Below are positions 7,444 to 10,490 of a DNA stretch of 10,490 nucleotides, in pieces. The DNA comes from Armatimonadota bacterium. Lineage in GTDB: Bacteria > Armatimonadota > UBA5829 > DTLH01. The stretch covers positions 1 to 10,490 of the forward strand of contig JBDKSP010000037.1 of the NCBI GenBank assembly GCA_039680575.1, given 5' to 3'. Position 1 is the stretch's first letter; each line of letters starts with the position of its first letter. The notes under the pieces were generated by a model. It saw only the letters and a list, made by a program, of their open reading frames with translations. It was not told the origin of the DNA and did no database searches. The position numbers and the translations under genes were made by a program.

Positions 7444-9876
7444 TCAGCTCTTAATTACCACAACCACTTCGGCTTTTTCGCCTTTCGGGAGGACCGGAAG
7501 GACGTTTCCTGCCACTTTTTCGCCGTTCATCTCTATATCGAGAGGTCCATGCTGAACATGACCCGGATTTTTGACCTCGATCTCATAGGTCGCGCCCCGG
7601 TACCGGCGGGTGATCTTGTAGCCGTCCCAACTGCTTGGGATGCACGGGTCGAGCATCAGCCCATCATAAGTCGGGCGGACGCCCAGTATCCAGTCGATCC
7701 CATCTCTGAACATCCAAACGCCTGAACCTGTAAGCCATGAATGGCTCGCCTGGCCGAATGTCGGGTGGTCGGGGCTCGTGACGTATTCCGAATAGACATA
7801 AGGTTCCATCTTGTAGATGTCCGGGTCTGCGGCCTGGACTATCGGCAGGCACTTTCGGTACCACTCGTAAGCCTTGTCGCCGTTTCCGAGGACGCACTGC
7901 GCAAGTATCCCCCAGCTTGCCGGATGGTTGAATATCGCGCCGTTTTCCTTCTTGCCAGGGACGCATCTGGTGGCGAGCCCGACGCCGGGATCGACCTTCG
8001 TATAAGCCGGGTGGAGCATCTTCGGTCCGCGAGAGGTGCTGAGCATCTGCCAGGCTGATTCCATGCACATCTTAGCGCGGTCGGGTGGGGCGATTCCGCT
8101 TATTACCGCCCAGGTCTGGGTGTTCAGGAAGATTCGGCCTTCCTCGTTCTTGCTCGAGCCGATCACCCCGCCGTCGTCCCGTGTCCCTCGGATATACCAC
8201 TCGTCGTCCCAGCACAGCTCGTTCAGCGCTGCGGCGATCTTGTCGTATTCGACCCGGTATCTTTCAGCTACAGCAGAACAACCTTCTTTCTGTTCCCTGT
8301 TCTTTGTCACCTGTTCCCTACCGAGCAGCCCTATCATCTCTCTTAAGATGAAGCACAGGAACTCGGCTACCCACATGCTCTCACCGATGCCTTTCCGGCC
8401 TACATAATCGAGGGTGTCGTTCCAGTCGCCGGGCCCGAACTTGGGCAAGTGGTTCGGAGTGAGGTTCGAAAGGGTGTAATCGACCGCACGGATGATGTGG
8501 TCCAGCACATCGGCAGGTTCTCCGCCGTCCTGGAAGCAGACCCCGCGGTCAAGGAACGCAAAATCTCCTGTTTCCCTTAAATAGGTCATCACCGCAAGCG
8601 GCAGCCAGAGCGGGGTGTCTGAGTGCCCGGTCTTTTCGCCCTGCCCGGTCAGCTTGAAGTAGTTGTGGAGCGTGCTACCGTCCTGGAACTGGTGCGATAT
8701 GACTTCGGCTACCCGGTCTGCGACTTCGTTCGGCTGAGAGAGGATCGGTCCCATCATGTCCTGGGACTGGTCCCTGATTCCGACGCCGAACAGAAGCCCG
8801 CCGTGATAGTAACCGGCGTTCCGGTTCATATTGAATGTCACCCAGGACTGCCGCATCCCCCAGGCGTTCAGCATAATGTTCATCTCATTGTCCGGGGTCT
8901 CAACATGAATAGGAGAAAGATAATCGTCCCACCAGTTTTTCACGCGGTCAAGCTCGACTTTTGCCTTCTCAGGCTCGATATATTTCGAAACTATCTTCTG
9001 CGCATTTTCCCGATAGTTTTCGACACCGGTCACGCCGAGCAGAACGGTGAATTCTATGGACTCTCCCGGTCCCAGGACTATCTCGGACTGAAGCGCGCCG
9101 CAGGCGTCTCCTGCTGTGATGTTGGTGTTGCTGAGTTTCCCTTTTTCTATTCCCTCAGGGTTGGACTCACTCCTCCACCGTCCGATGAACTCATCTTTCA
9201 GCCCGTCCCAGCCTGATACCGGCAGCGTAGTCGTGAAGAACACATACTTGTCCCAGCCCTGGTTCGGCTGCTCAACGGAGACGCCCCGGTTCGTCACCCA
9301 GTAGTTCTTGGTGGCATAGAGAGTGTTGTCATTGCGCTCGAAATTTACGATGTTGAAGTGCTGGTCGTTCGGCTGGTTGATGAGGTCTATCAGCGCGTGC
9401 CCGAGGCACAGCTCGACATAAGAGAATATCAAGAGTTTCCGCACCTTGTCGGTGTTGTTCGTGAGCTTAACGAGCCATATTTCCAGGTCGTCATCCTGCG
9501 GGACGAAGTAAGTTATCTCTCCGCGCAGTCCCCGGCGCTCCGTGGTGATGGTCGTATAGCCCATGCCGTGGTGGCACTCGTAGAAATCGAGCTTGCCGGG
9601 TGTCGGCTGCCAGGAAAGCGACCAGTAGTCTCCGTCTTCCTCGCGGACATAGACATATCGTCCCGGCCTGTCCCAGGGAAGGCTGTTATACCTCCAGCGG
9701 GTTATCCGGGAGTCGCGCGGGTCCATCCAATAGCTGAATCCGCCGGCGGCGTTAGTGATAAGCCCTGTGTAGCGTCCGTTCGATATATAATTGACCCACG
9801 GCGCCGGTGTGTCAGGCCGTGTGATGATAAATTCCTTGCTATCCTCTGAGAAATGTCCGTAATCTTCGAGCCGCAT
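7444..9876 (-). CDS. GH94 glycoside phosphorylase (cellobiose/chitobiose phosphorylase-like), substrate unassigned
   Basis: 810 aa with an ATG start and AGGAG SD. Motifs ITRPDTPAPWVNYI, CHHGMGYT, GIRDQSQD, catalytic GDWND, PGKKENGAIFNH, EPYVY, SWLTGS, ILGVRP..LDPCIPSSW and RGATYEIEVKNP. Confidence 0.93.
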   Translation of the reverse strand: MRLEDYGHFSEDSKEFIITRPDTPAPWVNYISNGRYTGLITNAAGGFSYWMDPRDSRITRWRYNSLPWDRPGRYVYVREEDGDYWSLSWQPTPGKLDFYECHHGMGYTTITTERRGLRGEITYFVPQDDDLEIWLVKLTNNTDKVRKLLIFSYVELCLGHALIDLINQPNDQHFNIVNFERNDNTLYATKNYWVTNRGVSVEQPNQGWDKYVFFTTTLPVSGWDGLKDEFIGRWRSESNPEGIEKGKLSNTNITAGDACGALQSEIVLGPGESIEFTVLLGVTGVENYRENAQKIVSKYIEPEKAKVELDRVKNWWDDYLSPIHVETPDNEMNIMLNAWGMRQSWVTFNMNRNAGYYHGGLLFGVGIRDQSQDMMGPILSQPNEVADRVAEVISHQFQDGSTLHNYFKLTGQGEKTGHSDTPLWLPLAVMTYLRETGDFAFLDRGVCFQDGGEPADVLDHIIRAVDYTLSNLTPNHLPKFGPGDWNDTLDYVGRKGIGESMWVAEFLCFILREMIGLLGREQVTKNREQKEGCSAVAERYRVEYDKIAAALNELCWDDEWYIRGTRDDGGVIGSSKNEEGRIFLNTQTWAVISGIAPPDRAKMCMESAWQMLSTSRGPKMLHPAYTKVDPGVGLATRCVPGKKENGAIFNHPASWGILAQCVLGNGDKAYEWYRKCLPIVQAADPDIYKMEPYVYSEYVTSPDHPTFGQASHSWLTGSGVWMFRDGIDWILGVRPTYDGLMLDPCIPSSWDGYKITRRYRGATYEIEVKNPGHVQHGPLDIEMNGEKVAGNVLPVLPKGEKAEVVVVIKS
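8291..8318. repeat. Degenerate heptamer tandem repeat inside the GH94 CDS
   Basis: TGTTCCC-TGTTCTT-TGTCACC-TGTTCCC, encoding REQVTKNREQ. Confidence 0.6.
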
Positions 9877-9912
9877 TTAAGTCTCCTAAACAAACCTGTT
9901 GTTGACAGGGCA

Positions 9913-9921
9913 ATTGTAGCA
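9913..9921 (-). promoter_or_regulatory. Extended -10 promoter candidate for the GH94 gene
   Basis: Minus strand TG-C-TACAAT, 36 nt upstream of the ATG. The -35 is weak. Confidence 0.5.
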
Positions 9922-9949
9922 CAGAGGCAGAAAACAGGGAACAGAGGGA

Positions 9950-10023
9950 GTAAGAGTTCACACTTAACGAGAGATTGTACATCAACCTGAATAACCAACA
10001 CGTCATCATGGAAGCACGTCACC
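9950..10023 (+). mobile_element. Second IS66-type terminal repeat, interrupted by the IS110 insertion
   Basis: GTAAGAGTTCACACTTAACGAGAG matches 2006-2029 GTAAGAGTTCACTCTTGGCTAGAG at 20/24, with the first 12 identical. Confidence 0.55.
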
Positions 10024-10054
10024 CTTGTATCTTAAAACTATGCTAAAGTAAGAA

Positions 10055-10200
10055 TATCTATGGAGCGGCAATAGGCCGATTCACCCTTGGACCATAGAGT
10101 CCGTAGTTCAGTAAGGGTCGTTGCCGCTTCTCCTATAATACGAGCCCGAACAGTTGCCTGGGACAAGAGTCCGCATCATATGCAAGGATGGGCCGTTAAG
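10055..10200 (+). ncRNA. Putative IS110 bridge RNA (target-binding loop and donor-binding loop); boundaries approximate
   Basis: Loop 1: stem GAGCGGCAAT/GTTGCCGCTT (10063-10072/10120-10129), large internal loop, apical GGAC-cataga-GTCC. Loop 2: stem GCCCG/TGGGC (10144-10148/10189-10193), large internal loop, apical GGAC-aaga-GTCC. The loop strands match the flank and the element end. Confidence 0.8.
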
Positions 10201-10212
10201 GAGCAAATTAAT

Positions 10213-10368
10213 ATGAATACCATTTATGTCGGCATTGATGTTTCCAAAGATAATCTCGATGTTGGGTTGACTCAATCCACTTCGATAAGGCGATTTACCA
10301 ATACCGCTGAAGGCATAACCCAGCTGAGAGATTGCCTGACTCAGTTTTCCCTGCAGCTAATAGTACTA
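10213..10368 (+). pseudogene. IS110 DEDD recombinase, N-terminal 52 codons, disrupted by IS630
   Basis: MNTIYVGIDVSKDNLDV...RRFTNTAEGITQL...LIVL with an AAGGAG SD. The sequence switches at the codon where the catalytic Glu is expected. Confidence 0.88.
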
Positions 10369-10490
10369 GTGTTCTGTAAAGTTGAATCATTTTGCTTCTG
10401 TACTCGTATATACAGGTATGAAACATCAAGTCTATTTAAGTAACGAGCAACGCTCGCACCTTGGAAATATGATAAGCTCGGGTCGTGACT
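10369..10490 (+). mobile_element. IS630-family element left end inserted at a TA; runs off the window
   Basis: Junction C-TA|GTGTTCTGTAAAGTT; IS630 elements target TA, often within CTAG. It is followed by an IS630-like ORF start. Confidence 0.7.
10418..10490 (+). CDS. IS630-family transposase N-terminus (partial)
   Basis: MKHQVYLSNEQRSHLGNMISSGRD resembles the 'V.L(S/T).E(E/Q)R..L..(L/M)I..G' start of IS630 transposases. Only 24 codons are visible. Confidence 0.65.
   Translation, partial: MKHQVYLSNEQRSHLGNMISSGRD

Larger units (their letters stand above)
10024..10368 (+). mobile_element. IS110-family element: left end and 5' part
   Basis: CT core followed by TGTAT at 10024-10030, then a ~190-nt structured non-coding left end, then the N-terminus of a DEDD recombinase. 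Confidence 0.85.

Noticed and set aside
9902..9907. Consensus TTGACA on the + strand
   Set aside because: No plausible -10 at 16-18 nt spacing.
2006..9961. Composite transposon bounded by the two GTAAGAGTTCAC copies
   Set aside because: The copies are in direct orientation, the ends at 3406 and 9950 face outward, the cargo would include valS and no target duplication is seen.
10087..10212. N-terminal extension of the 118-aa IS110 ORF from the TTG at 10087
   Set aside because: Family similarity and the AAGGAG SD point to the ATG at 10213. The upstream part is the structured non-coding end, and the tail after 10368 is read-through into IS630.

Overview
Bacterial chromosomal window. Two intact genes converge on a hairpin-rich spacer: valS (+, ~4645-7329) and a GH94 glycoside phosphorylase (-, 7444-9876). 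Also present are a secreted Ig-like/stalk-domain protein (-, 177-1844), a HEAT-repeat protein (+, 3655-4443) and a translationally coupled 51-aa ORF missing from the ORF track (4443-4598). Mobile DNA is dense at both ends. At the left, a class C group II intron 5' end sits just after a terminator (1-125, -), and a decayed IS66 (2006-3406) has its 5' part replaced by a mosaic of REP-like palindromes. At the right edge, elements are nested: an IS66-type end (9950), then an IS110 left end (10024), then an IS630 inserted into the IS110 recombinase (10369). The most interesting signal is the IS110 non-coding left end. By eye it folds into a two-loop bridge RNA whose target guide matches the adjacent flank (TCACCCT) and whose donor guide matches the element end (CTTGTAT). 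This predicts the unseen right end and a circle-junction promoter. All calls come from manual reading; no searches or folding programs were run.
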